In this document: positions 1 to 9,222 of the stretch, piece after piece | How positions within the stretch are numbered: the stretch's first letter is position 1 | How the letters are laid out: every line of letters begins with the position of its first letter | NCBI GenBank assembly: GCA_043823315.1 | Contig: JBDRAU010000027.1 | Span: 1-36,209 of the forward strand | Source of the DNA: a bacterium | GTDB taxonomy: Bacteria > Patescibacteriota > UBA1384 > DTJR01 | Direction: 5' to 3' | DNA: 36,209 bases | Made by a program: the position numbers and the translations under genes | Notes under the pieces: model-generated | Databases searched by the model: none | Told to the model about the DNA's origin: nothing | Seen by the model: only the letters and a program-made list of their open reading frames with translations

Positions 1-1
1 G

Positions 2-589
2 CCTCGGGATTTGTTGCCCAGGATTATTTTTCCCCTGGGGAATCTGACAAAGGAAGAGGTTTACTCTTTGGCTAAAAATTACGATATTTTAAAGACTTAT
101 TCCACTGTTAAACAGAGCCAGGATTTTTGTTTTCTCTCAAACGATGAATACGGGGAGTTTATAAAGAATGAAATAAAACCTGTCGCAGGTAAAATTAAAA
201 ACGATCACGGTAAAGCCCTGGGGTCTCACGAAGGCCTTAATTATTACACTCTGGGTCAACGCAAGGGCATTAAACTTGCTGGAGGGCCGTATTATGTTAT
301 TGAAAAAAAACCACCATCTACTCTGGTTGTCTCGAAAGACATCAGTTTGTCATTTAAGAAGATTGTTGTTTTAAAGCCAATTAATCTTCTATCTCAAATT
401 GAAAAGAATGAACTTGAAGTTGAAGTTAAGTCTAGATCTAGTGCAGAGCTCTTCAAAGCAAAGATCAAGATATACAGCGATCGTATTAAGCTTTTCTACT
501 CTAAACCTCACAGCACCCTTGTGCCAGGTCAAATTGCGGTTTTATACCTTAAAGAAGTCTGTCTCGGAAGCGGAGTGATAAATTTCTAG
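2..589 (+). CDS. mnmA: tRNA-specific 2-thiouridylase MnmA, C-terminal part (5' end lies upstream of the window)
   Basis: The frame is open from the window edge. The translation ...FCFL...GQRKGIKLAGGPYYV...PGQIAVLY...CLGSGVI matches the conserved central and C-terminal barrel region of MnmA/TrmU. Confidence 0.8.
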   Translation, partial: PRDLLPRIIFPLGNLTKEEVYSLAKNYDILKTYSTVKQSQDFCFLSNDEYGEFIKNEIKPVAGKIKNDHGKALGSHEGLNYYTLGQRKGIKLAGGPYYVIEKKPPSTLVVSKDISLSFKKIVVLKPINLLSQIEKNELEVEVKSRSSAELFKAKIKIYSDRIKLFYSKPHSTLVPGQIAVLYLKEVCLGSGVINF

Positions 590-1167
590 TTCTCGTTTGA
601 AAATACATAGAGGAACATTATTCCGATTAGAAGAGAGCCGATAAAGACGATCGCTGAATATTCGAGCGGTTTTGGGTAAACTGCTTTAGGGTCTGTAAAG
701 AGGGGGTCAACAATATTGATTGTTGGCTTAGGAGTCGTGCCGGCAATAATTGCTGAACCCTCGAGGACAGTAAAAATTTTTCGGCTTAATTGGTTTAATG
801 TTTCCTTGTTTTCGCTAAAAATACTTACCTGAATAACACTCGAGTCTTCGACTACAGAGGATTTTATATATTTAGTGGGATTATTAGCCAGATTGTTCGA
901 AAATTCCAGACTTGCAGATTTATAAAGTTGCTCGAGAAAAGCTCTAGTTTGAATAGAGTCAGAAATAGACTTGGTCATTGCGTCGGAGGTAAATGGCAGA
1001 TTATTGGTTGAGCTCTCGCTGGTCTTGAAGTAATAACTGAACTTGCCTCTTGCTGTATATACAGAATTATCCGTCACAAAATAAACATACGTGCCGACTG
1101 CCAACGCAAATGCAACCAGTATTACTATTAAATAGTATTTTCTAATTGAAAAATGATTTCCTTCCAA
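586..1167 (-). CDS. Wzz/PCP-like polysaccharide chain-length-determinant-type membrane protein
   Basis: 193 aa with one TM helix at each end (LIVILVAFALAVGTYVYF and AIVFIGSLLIGIMFLYVF) flanking a soluble domain. The call rests on topology and glycan-cluster context only; no strong motif was seen. Confidence 0.45.
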   Translation of the reverse strand: MEGNHFSIRKYYLIVILVAFALAVGTYVYFVTDNSVYTARGKFSYYFKTSESSTNNLPFTSDAMTKSISDSIQTRAFLEQLYKSASLEFSNNLANNPTKYIKSSVVEDSSVIQVSIFSENKETLNQLSRKIFTVLEGSAIIAGTTPKPTINIVDPLFTDPKAVYPKPLEYSAIVFIGSLLIGIMFLYVFSNEN

Positions 1168-1205
1168 TATTTCCCCTCATAAATATTGTATCAGATCACC
1201 AATGC

Positions 1206-1811
1206 CTAAAACAATAATAATCTTTTGATCGTCTTTAACAATATTATAAAATCGATAAAGAAATTGCAATTATTTGCATATTTTTCATCAATTTTAATTT
1301 TCTGGGGCAAAATAATTTGAAAGTATGTCTTATATGCATTCCTTCGACTATCGCGAAGATATTGGCTTTCGTTAATAAATTCTATTGTACTTAAACCTGT
1401 AATACCAGGCTTAAACTGGGGTAGAAGTTTACTAATTTGATAGCGTTTTTGGGCTAAAATAGGTACTTCTGGCCTTGGGCCGACAAAGCTCATCTCACCC
1501 TTCAGAACGTTTATTAATTGGGGCAGTTCGTCAAGTTTATACTTTCTCAAGAATCTTCCAAGTTTAGTGATTCTTTTATCATCCTCGAAAGTAAGAAGTG
1601 GTCCGCCAGGGCCTCTCATCGTTTTGAATTTATATATAATGAATTTTTGTCCGAGGTATCCAATGCGTTTTTGCTTAAATATGATTGGAATTCCATCGAC
1701 AACTAAGATCATCAGAGAGATGACAGTAAATATTGGCAGGCAAATAATAATTAGAAAAAACGAAAATGTAAAATCAAGCAGAGGTTTGGTAAATTTTTGG
1801 TAGAGATTCAT
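1206..1811 (-). CDS. Bacterial sugar transferase (small phosphoglycosyl transferase, WbaP/PglC type)
   Basis: N-terminal TM helix plus the family motif KLDELPQLINVLKGEMSFVGPRP. The gene sits in the glycan cluster. Confidence 0.85.
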   Translation of the reverse strand: MNLYQKFTKPLLDFTFSFFLIIICLPIFTVISLMILVVDGIPIIFKQKRIGYLGQKFIIYKFKTMRGPGGPLLTFEDDKRITKLGRFLRKYKLDELPQLINVLKGEMSFVGPRPEVPILAQKRYQISKLLPQFKPGITGLSTIEFINESQYLRDSRRNAYKTYFQIILPQKIKIDEKYANNCNFFIDFIILLKTIKRLLLF

Positions 1812-1813
1812 AT

Positions 1814-3035
1814 TTAAGTAAGTTCCGAGATAACTTGATAATACTTTTCTGCTAGGTGCTTGATACTATAATACTTTTTTACAAACTTTTGACCATTTTT
1901 ACCCATTTTTTGAAGTTCGATAGGGCTCATATTATATAATCTAATAATTGCTTTGGCGAGTTCCTCTGGTGATTCCGGTCTAATACTTATACCGCAATTT
2001 GCTTCTTTGATTAGGTTATTTTTAGCCGATGATGCGAAGATTATCGGTCTGCTGGCGGCCATATAATCAAAGATTTTGTTGGGTGGTTGACCATAAGAAT
2101 AAATTGCAGCTTTTTTTTGAGAAAATAATAAAACGTCAGATTTTCTAAGTTCTTTAAAAATCTTATTTTTAGAAATAGAATTTTTTATCATAATATTACT
2201 TAAATTCAATTTGTCTTTTAAAGCGATTATTTTCTGTCTCTCGGTTCCGTCTCCGATTATAATAAATTTTATTTTTTTATATCGTAACAACTCTTTAGCG
2301 CACTGTATTATTATTTCGAAATTTTGGGCAACCCCAATTGTTCCTGCGTACGTTATTGCAAAGTGGTTGTTTATTCCATCGGCAATCCTTTGCTTTTTAA
2401 TGAATTTTTCGGAGACTCCGTTTGAAATCCATGATATTTTTTTGAACTTACTTTAAACTTTTTTTGGGCATAGTTAGCAAAATATGGCATTAGGGAAACT
2501 ATTCTATCACTTTTTATCATCAGGATCTTTTCGATATATCTTAAATAGATGATAAATGGATTAAGCTTGTTGGCGCCGAGCTCTATTAAATTTTGCGGCC
2601 AAATGTCCCGTACTTCAAAAATGAACGGGACTTTCATAAACCTTGCTATTTTATAGGCCTGATATGAAGCTATAAGATTTGGAGAAGAGCCAATTATTAG
2701 GTCGGGTTTTATAAAGTCACTTATAATCTTTCTTAGGTTCTTGGCAAATATGAATATATTCCTAACTCTCAATATATTGTTCTTTCTATAGCGGGGAGTT
2801 TTAATCCATATAAACTTCAGGCTCTTCCCGACTTGCTCTGGGAAAACCCCCCCATTGTCATATTTTAGTGACTCTTTTTTATCAAAATTGTTGAACCCGG
2901 AAGTAAAGATTATGATGTTTAAATTTTTGCGAGTGAGTTCTTTGGCAAAGTCATAATGCCTAGTTCCTCCAGGAAGTTGCGGTGATACTGCGTATTGGTT
3001 GATGATCCAGATCGTTTTTTTATTTTTTTTGGCAT
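1814..3035 (-). pseudogene. WbuB-like GT4 glycosyltransferase split by a 1-nt frameshift in an A7 run (T7 on + strand, 2437-2443)
   Basis: The N-terminal half (KKTIWIINQYAVSPQLPGGTRHYDFAKELTRKNLNIIIFTS...) is read in the frame of ORF 2371..4164. The C-terminal half (SKFKKISWISNGVSEKF...ITYAGTIGVAQNF...KFIIIGDG...PPNKIFDYMAASRPIIF) is in the adjacent frame, open from 2452 to 1814. One extra A in the run joins them. Confidence 0.6.
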
Positions 3036-4164
3036 ATTTTTTAATTGTATTGAATAATTTTAAAGATGTTTTATTAACGTTAAACTCTTCTTTTACTCTA
3101 AGGTATGCCTTAGTGATTTTCTCGGGCTCGGGACATTTATTCAGTATCTTTTCAAGATTACTAAAGTCTTGTTTTAATACATATCCATTTTGATTGTTAA
3201 TCAGTTCGCCGGAACCTCCGACTTTTGTTATTGCCACTGGAATAGAATAAGCCATTGCTTCCATAGCTGCAACAGGTATCCCCTCGATTTTACTTGGAAG
3301 AATGAAAAGATCGAATTTTCTACTTTCGTAAAATCCGAATAACATCTTGGGGGTGACAGTTCCGAGTAACTTTATATTTCCACTCAAATTTGATCTTCTG
3401 ATCATTCTTTTTATTCTACTTTTTTCTCTTCCATCTCCGAAAATGAAGAGATTAATTTTTTTTAACTTAGCGATTCTCTCTATAAGCTCATATATTCGCT
3501 TATGCCTGATGAGTTCACCTACACAAACAATATTTATCTCCTTTGTTCGTTTTTTAATTAGCAAGATTCTTGGGATATTAACGCCAAAATGGATGATTTT
3601 TATCTTGTCTTGATCTGCTCCCAGCTTAATTGCCAGTTCTTTTCCCCAATTCGATATACTGCGCACAAATAAAGCCCGTTCTGACTTGTAAGCAAGGATG
3701 TCATTCGAAATAATATCTGCTCTATGGATGGTGAAGCTGAATGGGACTTGAGTTAATTCTGACGCAATCATTGCACAGGTAGCAGGTGTTGTACCCCAAT
3801 AGGCGTGGATGTGATCGATCTGTTCTTTTTCGATCCAATCCGTGAGCTGAAGTATTTTTGGCAAAATGTAGAGAGTATAGAAAAAGCGCTTTGGCTTTTG
3901 GATTATTGCAAGATGTAGGAAAGAATAAAAAATACGAAATGGTTTACGAATCAACTGCCCAATAAGCGCTTTGAAGTTTTTTGAGAAACAGGCTCTATAT
4001 GATAGAGCAGAAATTTTGTTTGAAGCTGTTATCTCTTTTGTTGATTTCGTGAGAGGAAAAATAAACACTTCGCACTTTAATCTGCAAATGTTTCTCAGTT
4101 CTTCTACGATATAAGTTTCCTTGCGGGAGAATGGAGCAGCAATCGTAATAAACACAATTTTCAT
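2371..4164 (-). CDS. GT4-family (group 1) glycosyltransferase, aa 1-~375, reading through without a stop into the N-terminal half of the next GT4 gene
   Basis: A 597-codon ORF. The first ~375 aa form a complete GT-B enzyme (..NIVCVGELIRHKR...LFIFGDG...FILPSKIEGIPVAAMEAMAYSIPVAITKVGGSGELI..). The remainder is a second GT4 N-terminus. Confidence 0.75.
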   Translation of the reverse strand: MKIVFITIAAPFSRKETYIVEELRNICRLKCEVFIFPLTKSTKEITASNKISALSYRACFSKNFKALIGQLIRKPFRIFYSFLHLAIIQKPKRFFYTLYILPKILQLTDWIEKEQIDHIHAYWGTTPATCAMIASELTQVPFSFTIHRADIISNDILAYKSERALFVRSISNWGKELAIKLGADQDKIKIIHFGVNIPRILLIKKRTKEINIVCVGELIRHKRIYELIERIAKLKKINLFIFGDGREKSRIKRMIRRSNLSGNIKLLGTVTPKMLFGFYESRKFDLFILPSKIEGIPVAAMEAMAYSIPVAITKVGGSGELINNQNGYVLKQDFSNLEKILNKCPEPEKITKAYLRVKEEFNVNKTSLKLFNTIKKYAKKNKKTIWIINQYAVSPQLPGGTRHYDFAKELTRKNLNIIIFTSGFNNFDKKESLKYDNGGVFPEQVGKSLKFIWIKTPRYRKNNILRVRNIFIFAKNLRKIISDFIKPDLIIGSSPNLIASYQAYKIARFMKVPFIFEVRDIWPQNLIELGANKLNPFIIYLRYIEKILMIKSDRIVSLMPYFANYAQKKFKVSSKKYHGFQTESPKNSLKSKGLPME

Positions 4165-4183
4165 AGGACTAATATACCAGAGT

Positions 4184-5431
4184 TTACGAAATGTCCAGTA
4201 CGGATATGGGTTTTTTAAATACCGGTTTGGCTACTTCGACTTCACTTTCTTTCTTCTTTTTAATTAATGTCGATCGATTGGCAATTTCAGCTACAATAAT
4301 AGCTAACCAGAAGTAATCATAATTTATGGTAAACAGAAACATACTGGAAACGAATACGCCTATAACACCTGCTTTAGCGGCTCGCGAAAAGGGCGTACTT
4401 CCCCTGATTGACACAGTTGGAATGATCACTGCGATAAGTAAAATGAAAGCGACAACGCCTCCCTCTACTAACGCCTGAATCAAAATATTATGAGCAGTTT
4501 TGTACTCTTTAGTCATCTTGTTTGACATAGACTTGAATGTTCCAAAACCATATCCGGCAAGAGGTTTATCTCGCCAAAGCTTGATTGACTCCTCCCAGAT
4601 TGGGATACGATTAGCGCTATAGCGGTCAAGTTTATCAATTTTAGCAAAACGAGACAGAAGAGTGGGATTAATGATTGCTATTGATGCGGTTGCTAATGAG
4701 AGAATGAAAACAAAGGCCAGGATTGCCTTCCTCTTTCTCTCATGCTTGAAATACAAAACTACAAGAACTATAACGAGGGCCAAAAATGCGATGAAAGCAC
4801 CGCGGGATCCGGTATAAGCCAAAGTTGAAAAAAGTATTACCGCTGCAATCAGATCAAGCAGGCTGTATTTTTTTCTTTCCACAAAGTCAACGATTAAAAA
4901 AGCGATTGGCAAAAGAAGCGTGCTGGCGATCTGGTTAGGATCTGCCCGATAGTAACCATTCGTAATGGTGGCCCTGACGAAGCTAGTTATGCCTTGTACG
5001 TAAAAAGTTGTAAAGAAGACTGCGGTCGAAAGTAAAATCCCCGAAAGGATAATAGCATGTCTGATAACCCTTTTTTCGGAATAATTGAATGGGTATGAGC
5101 TGATTATTAGCAAGAAGAAAAAGTGTTTTGAAATAAAGATGTAGTCGTAAATAGAAGCGGCTCTGTTGACTGACCAATATATGGAAAGTCCCGCCCAAAT
5201 AAAAAAAGCTACCCATGGAACGGCGGTTTTAGTTAGTTTGACCAGTCTTGGCTTGAATAGCAGATAAATAAGGATGAGGATGCTCGTAATGACAGCGGTA
5301 ATCGTGGCGTATGACACAACAACGATTATGTGAGTTGCCATAATCGCTTCGAACGGAATTAGAAGGATATAAACTATAAAAGCGTAGGTCGGTAACTTGA
5401 TCTCTTTGAGATCAAAATTCAATTCGTCCAT
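4184..5431 (-). CDS. O-antigen ligase/polymerase-like (Wzy_C family) polytopic membrane protein
   Basis: 415 aa with about 10 predicted TM segments and a central loop AYTGSRGAFIAFLALV typical of the O-antigen ligase/Wzy_C family. Glycan-cluster context. Confidence 0.65.
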   Translation of the reverse strand: MDELNFDLKEIKLPTYAFIVYILLIPFEAIMATHIIVVVSYATITAVITSILILIYLLFKPRLVKLTKTAVPWVAFFIWAGLSIYWSVNRAASIYDYIFISKHFFFLLIISSYPFNYSEKRVIRHAIILSGILLSTAVFFTTFYVQGITSFVRATITNGYYRADPNQIASTLLLPIAFLIVDFVERKKYSLLDLIAAVILFSTLAYTGSRGAFIAFLALVIVLVVLYFKHERKRKAILAFVFILSLATASIAIINPTLLSRFAKIDKLDRYSANRIPIWEESIKLWRDKPLAGYGFGTFKSMSNKMTKEYKTAHNILIQALVEGGVVAFILLIAVIIPTVSIRGSTPFSRAAKAGVIGVFVSSMFLFTINYDYFWLAIIVAEIANRSTLIKKKKESEVEVAKPVFKKPISVLDIS

Positions 5432-5465
5432 ATTTACAGGTTATCATAACTTAGATCTAAAGTCC

Positions 5466-6533
5466 CTATTGGTGCTTGGCGACCAATGCTTTAAATACCT
5501 TCTCGTACTTTTTTGTCATTATTTGTGCACTAAAATACGTTGAGGATTTTATGGAATTTTTTCTGATTTTTTGTATTTTTTTCTTATCTTGGGATTCCTT
5601 TACAAAAAGATCGGCTAAATCCTCGGGAGTCTTTCCACGATAAATAAATCCATTGTAATTATTTTTTATTAAATCCTCGGTAGCACCGGCAGGTGTAGAG
5701 AATACGGCAAGCCCCGAAGCCAGAGCTTCGATTATAACGAGTGGCATTCCTTCCCAAAAAGAGGAACTAATGTAATAATCAGATTTTTTAAAAAGTTTTG
5801 CACTATCAACATGTTTGGGGATTATTTTGACTCTGCTTTGAAGGTGTAGTTTTTTTACCTCCTTTTTAATTTTTTTCTCCAACGTTCCCTGTCCGGCAAT
5901 TATAAGTTTAAGGTTCTTGTCATGCTTCGCGATATATCCAAACGCTTTAATTAAAAAAATATGGTTTTTTTGTTTTTCTAGCCTGCCGATATTAACGATT
6001 TGTTTCACCTCTACGTTTGTCCGCGGTTTACTGAACTTATTCAATTCAATTCCATTTGCAATATTGAAATTTTCTTTTCTGCTCTGCAAGCATCTATTAA
6101 TTTTGGGTGATAAATTGACGGTATATATTTTGAAAATTATAAAGATAATTTTCCAAAAAATGGAATTAGAGTGTTTTTCAAGATCGTTGTGGATGGTTTG
6201 AACTATCCTTGGTCTATGGAAGAGTGTGCGTGCAAAGATTACATATAAAAGAGAATTCAAATTGTGGCAATGGATAATGTCAGGTTGAATTTTGTTTAAG
6301 TTATTCTTGAGACGTGTAATAAGGTTTAGATCAATACCTTTTTTCTTGTGCAAGAAAATTATATTTAAATCTTTTGGCCAGTTGTATTTTGGGCTCTTGT
6401 AAAAACAAAACAAAGTTAGATCAAATTTCGAACGATCTAGATATTTGCATATAAACTTTGTTACATTTTCTGCTCCGCCCGAATGAAGAGTAGGTATCAC
6501 TTCAACTACTTTTATTTTTCTGTCTTTTTTCAT
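5466..6533 (-). CDS. GT4-family glycosyltransferase
   Basis: N-terminal KVVEVIPTLHSGGAENV and C-terminal SSSFWEGMPLVIIEALASGLAVFSTPAGATEDLI (E-x7-E-type region) are typical of group 1 glycosyltransferases. Confidence 0.85.
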   Translation of the reverse strand: MKKDRKIKVVEVIPTLHSGGAENVTKFICKYLDRSKFDLTLFCFYKSPKYNWPKDLNIIFLHKKKGIDLNLITRLKNNLNKIQPDIIHCHNLNSLLYVIFARTLFHRPRIVQTIHNDLEKHSNSIFWKIIFIIFKIYTVNLSPKINRCLQSRKENFNIANGIELNKFSKPRTNVEVKQIVNIGRLEKQKNHIFLIKAFGYIAKHDKNLKLIIAGQGTLEKKIKKEVKKLHLQSRVKIIPKHVDSAKLFKKSDYYISSSFWEGMPLVIIEALASGLAVFSTPAGATEDLIKNNYNGFIYRGKTPEDLADLFVKESQDKKKIQKIRKNSIKSSTYFSAQIMTKKYEKVFKALVAKHQ

Positions 6534-7294
6534 AGATTAAACCACCGAGGAATTCTTTTCTTGTAACAAAGGAAGATCTTCTCGGGACGCAAACAGGATT
6601 CTTCTCTTGTTTTTCTATCTAGAGTCTTATAATAATCTAAAACTTTTACTCTGAAGCCAGATTGAAGTATGCGTTTTTTAAAATCTGCTCCATAATTTCT
6701 CACATGGTCGTGCAAAGCCATGTTTCTTTGCATCTTCTGTGGTACTTTCATAATATTTTCTTGTGTTTCAGTTTTATGTGATACTGGTACTAGAATAATT
6801 GCTAGAGAATTTGGTTTTAATACTCTGTACATTTCCTTCATCGCCTTGATGTCGTTCTTAACGTGTTCGAGTACGTGGGAACAATAAATCAGGTCGAAAG
6901 ATCCCTCTCTAAACGAGAGCTGTGTAATATCTTCGCACCGTTCAGCACGAGTTTTTCTTAAATCGGCGCTTGTGTACTTAACTGATTCATAGGACTTAAA
7001 TAGTTTTGACAGGCAGGCTTCTGGTGAAAAGTGAAGAATACTTATTTTTTTATTTTTGGGCAAAGTTTTTTCTAGAAATAAATAGATCAATCTGTGTCTT
7101 TCAAGCGATCCGCATCTGGGACATAAAGCATTTTTTCTTAGCGGGTTACCATATGATGCAAATCCTCCACACTTATATTTGCAGCATGGACATATCACGT
7201 TATTTTTTCTAATAAAAACGTTTACGGATAACCTGAATGCTATATTTGCTTTACAAGCCAGTTTTCTTATGGCTCGTTGAAAAAAATAATTCAT
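6530..7294 (-). CDS. Class I SAM-dependent methyltransferase with an N-terminal Cys4 zinc-ribbon
   Basis: CPCCKYKC...CPRCGSLERHR is followed by a methyltransferase fold (ILHFSPE..., DLIYCSHVLEHV). Its stop overlaps the start of the downstream GT by 4 nt. Confidence 0.75.
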   Translation of the reverse strand: MNYFFQRAIRKLACKANIAFRLSVNVFIRKNNVICPCCKYKCGGFASYGNPLRKNALCPRCGSLERHRLIYLFLEKTLPKNKKISILHFSPEACLSKLFKSYESVKYTSADLRKTRAERCEDITQLSFREGSFDLIYCSHVLEHVKNDIKAMKEMYRVLKPNSLAIILVPVSHKTETQENIMKVPQKMQRNMALHDHVRNYGADFKKRILQSGFRVKVLDYYKTLDRKTREESCLRPEKIFLCYKKRIPRWFNL

Positions 7295-7403
7295 AAGTGA
7301 ATATTTGATTTTAATAATGATAACATGGCTTACTATATAGTATAAAAAGTTTTATTTTTTTGAATAAGTGCTTAACTATAAGTAGTTTACTTAGATACAA
7401 AAC

Positions 7404-8198
7404 ATGAAGCAAATTGCGATAGTTGGAGTTGGTTTTGTCGGTAGCGCCCTTTTTAAACTCCTCAAGCAGAAGTTTAACGTTCTTAGATATGATCCTAGCA
7501 AGAAATTCTCTTGTTCAAAAGAGGAAGTGAATGAATGCGATGTGGTATTTTTGTGCGTTCCAACACCATTTGATTGGGTTAAAAAGGATTATGATTATAG
7601 TGCGATCGATGAGTGTTTGGGTTGGATAAAGAGGGGCAGGGTCGTGGTCATCAAGTCTACAGTTCAGCCGGGAACAACGAGGGAAGTGGCAAGAAAATAC
7701 AAACACGATATTGTATTCAATCCAGAATTTTTAAGGCAAAAATCGGCAGTTCGTGATATAAAAGGCGCCGACCGGGTAGTATTGGGAGGCAACAAAACCG
7801 ATTGTCTAAAAATATCTAGAATTTATAAAAAAGTTTATCCTCGGAAAGTGAAATATATTCATACAACTTTCGAGAGTGCCGAACTTGCAAAAATCGCAAC
7901 GAATGCATTCCTCTGCTCCAAGGTGATGTTCTGTAACGAAATTAAAAAATTTTGCGACAAAATAGATATTGACTATGATGAATTCCGAAAGGTTTGGTTT
8001 CATGATAAACGCATTGGAAAATCACATACGGAAGTTACAAAAGAGGGTGGTTTTTCCGGGGGCTGCTTCCCCAAAGATTTAAATGCTCTAATATCGAAAA
8101 TGATGAGCAGAGGGGTAGATCCTGTTTTTCAAAAAATGGTATGGAATTTAAATAGAAAGCATCGCAAAGAGTTTAGGGGTCGAAAATATGAAAGATGA
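7404..8198 (+). CDS. UDP-glucose/GDP-mannose dehydrogenase family protein, short form lacking the C-terminal UDP-binding domain
   Basis: Rossmann motif IAIVGVGFVGSAL, NPEFLR, and a catalytic-Cys region GGFSGGCFPKDLNAL. The protein is only 264 aa, where the family is usually about 390-440 aa. Confidence 0.75.
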   Translation: MKQIAIVGVGFVGSALFKLLKQKFNVLRYDPSKKFSCSKEEVNECDVVFLCVPTPFDWVKKDYDYSAIDECLGWIKRGRVVVIKSTVQPGTTREVARKYKHDIVFNPEFLRQKSAVRDIKGADRVVLGGNKTDCLKISRIYKKVYPRKVKYIHTTFESAELAKIATNAFLCSKVMFCNEIKKFCDKIDIDYDEFRKVWFHDKRIGKSHTEVTKEGGFSGGCFPKDLNALISKMMSRGVDPVFQKMVWNLNRKHRKEFRGRKYER

Positions 8199-8324
8199 TT
8201 TTTCCAAAAGATATTTCGAAAAGTTTAGCCCTAATTACTTGCTTGATAATTCTACTTTTTTGATAAATTTTTTCTTTAAACGATTTGAGGCTTTTATAGT
8301 TCTTAGGGGAAAGTAAATCGTAGT

Positions 8325-9122
8325 TTACCTTTTTTTCCCGATTACTATTAAAAATGGGCTAAATGAAATCTTATTAGTATCTATTATTAATGAAAATAGA
8401 ATTGCTAGTGAATTTGTAATTAATCTCAATGGTTTTAGGATCATAATAATGAAATTTAAGAGATTATTGTTAGTTTGGAATATTCGCGTGGGAAACATTC
8501 CATAATAGCCAGAGTATTGTATCTTGTAATCTTTAAAGAGTTTTCTATAAATATTAGGTTTCATGATTTTTAAATTATGGTATTCAAGGATTTTCCGATC
8601 AAAGATTTTTTGAATAGTGAAATTAATATTGAGGAAGTTCGGAATAATACAAATAATTAAACCGTTTTTCTTGAGTAAACTGGTATGGAGATTCAAAATT
8701 TTTTCCGGGTTTTCGAAATGTTCTATGAATCCGTTAGAGAAAATTACATCAAATTTATCTAAAGTTTTATAGTTTAAGACATCTCCGTTGAAGATATTTT
8801 TTTGCGGCAATCCGTTTATTTTAAATACTTTTCTGTTTTGCTTGTATCCCTTTGGCTCGTTTTCTATTCCATAAACTTTACAGCCAAAGAGCTTATTTAT
8901 CAGTACTAAATTTCTTCCGGGAGCTGATCCTATTTCCAAAAGAGATTGGTCTTTATTTAAGAATTTTGGAAGGATTTTGAAAAATAACTCATATTGTGAA
9001 TAACTAAAATAAATGCACTCCTTTAAAAAAATAAGAAACTTATTGTCAGGTTCCTTTTTGAGTTTAAAATTGCCAGAATGAATTTTCTCCCAGAATTTTG
9101 AAAGGTCGGAGGAGTTTTGCAT
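8325..9122 (-). CDS. Class I SAM-dependent methyltransferase
   Basis: Motif I LLEIGSAPGRN and DVIFSNGFIEHF. The tracked ORF (to 9206) runs through tRNA-Pro, so the start was moved to Met-29 (MQNSSDLSKFWEK). Confidence 0.7.
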   Translation of the reverse strand: MQNSSDLSKFWEKIHSGNFKLKKEPDNKFLIFLKECIYFSYSQYELFFKILPKFLNKDQSLLEIGSAPGRNLVLINKLFGCKVYGIENEPKGYKQNRKVFKINGLPQKNIFNGDVLNYKTLDKFDVIFSNGFIEHFENPEKILNLHTSLLKKNGLIICIIPNFLNINFTIQKIFDRKILEYHNLKIMKPNIYRKLFKDYKIQYSGYYGMFPTRIFQTNNNLLNFIIMILKPLRLITNSLAILFSLIIDTNKISFSPFLIVIGKKR

Positions 9123-9145
9123 AGCAAATTTATCTTTGAGTTTTT

Positions 9146-9221
9146 TGGTCGGAGCGGCGAGACTCGAACTCGCGACCTCAGGACCCCCAGCCCTGCGCAC
9201 TACCAACTGTGCTACGCCCCG
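9146..9221 (-). tRNA. tRNA-Pro (anticodon GGG), CCA encoded
   Basis: Minus-strand cloverleaf: CGGGGCG TA GCAC AGTTGGTA GTGC G CAGGG CTGGGGG TCCTG AGGTC GCGAG TTCGAGT CTCGC CGCTCCG A CCA (76 nt). Confidence 0.9.
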
Positions 9222-9222
9222 A

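Noticed and set aside
8188-8319. 43-codon ORF (MKDDFSKRYFEKFSPNYLLDNSTF...) overlapping the stop of the dehydrogenase gene.
   Set aside because: It is too short and has no recognisable domain. It may be a remnant of a methyltransferase N-terminus, and it was not reported as a gene.
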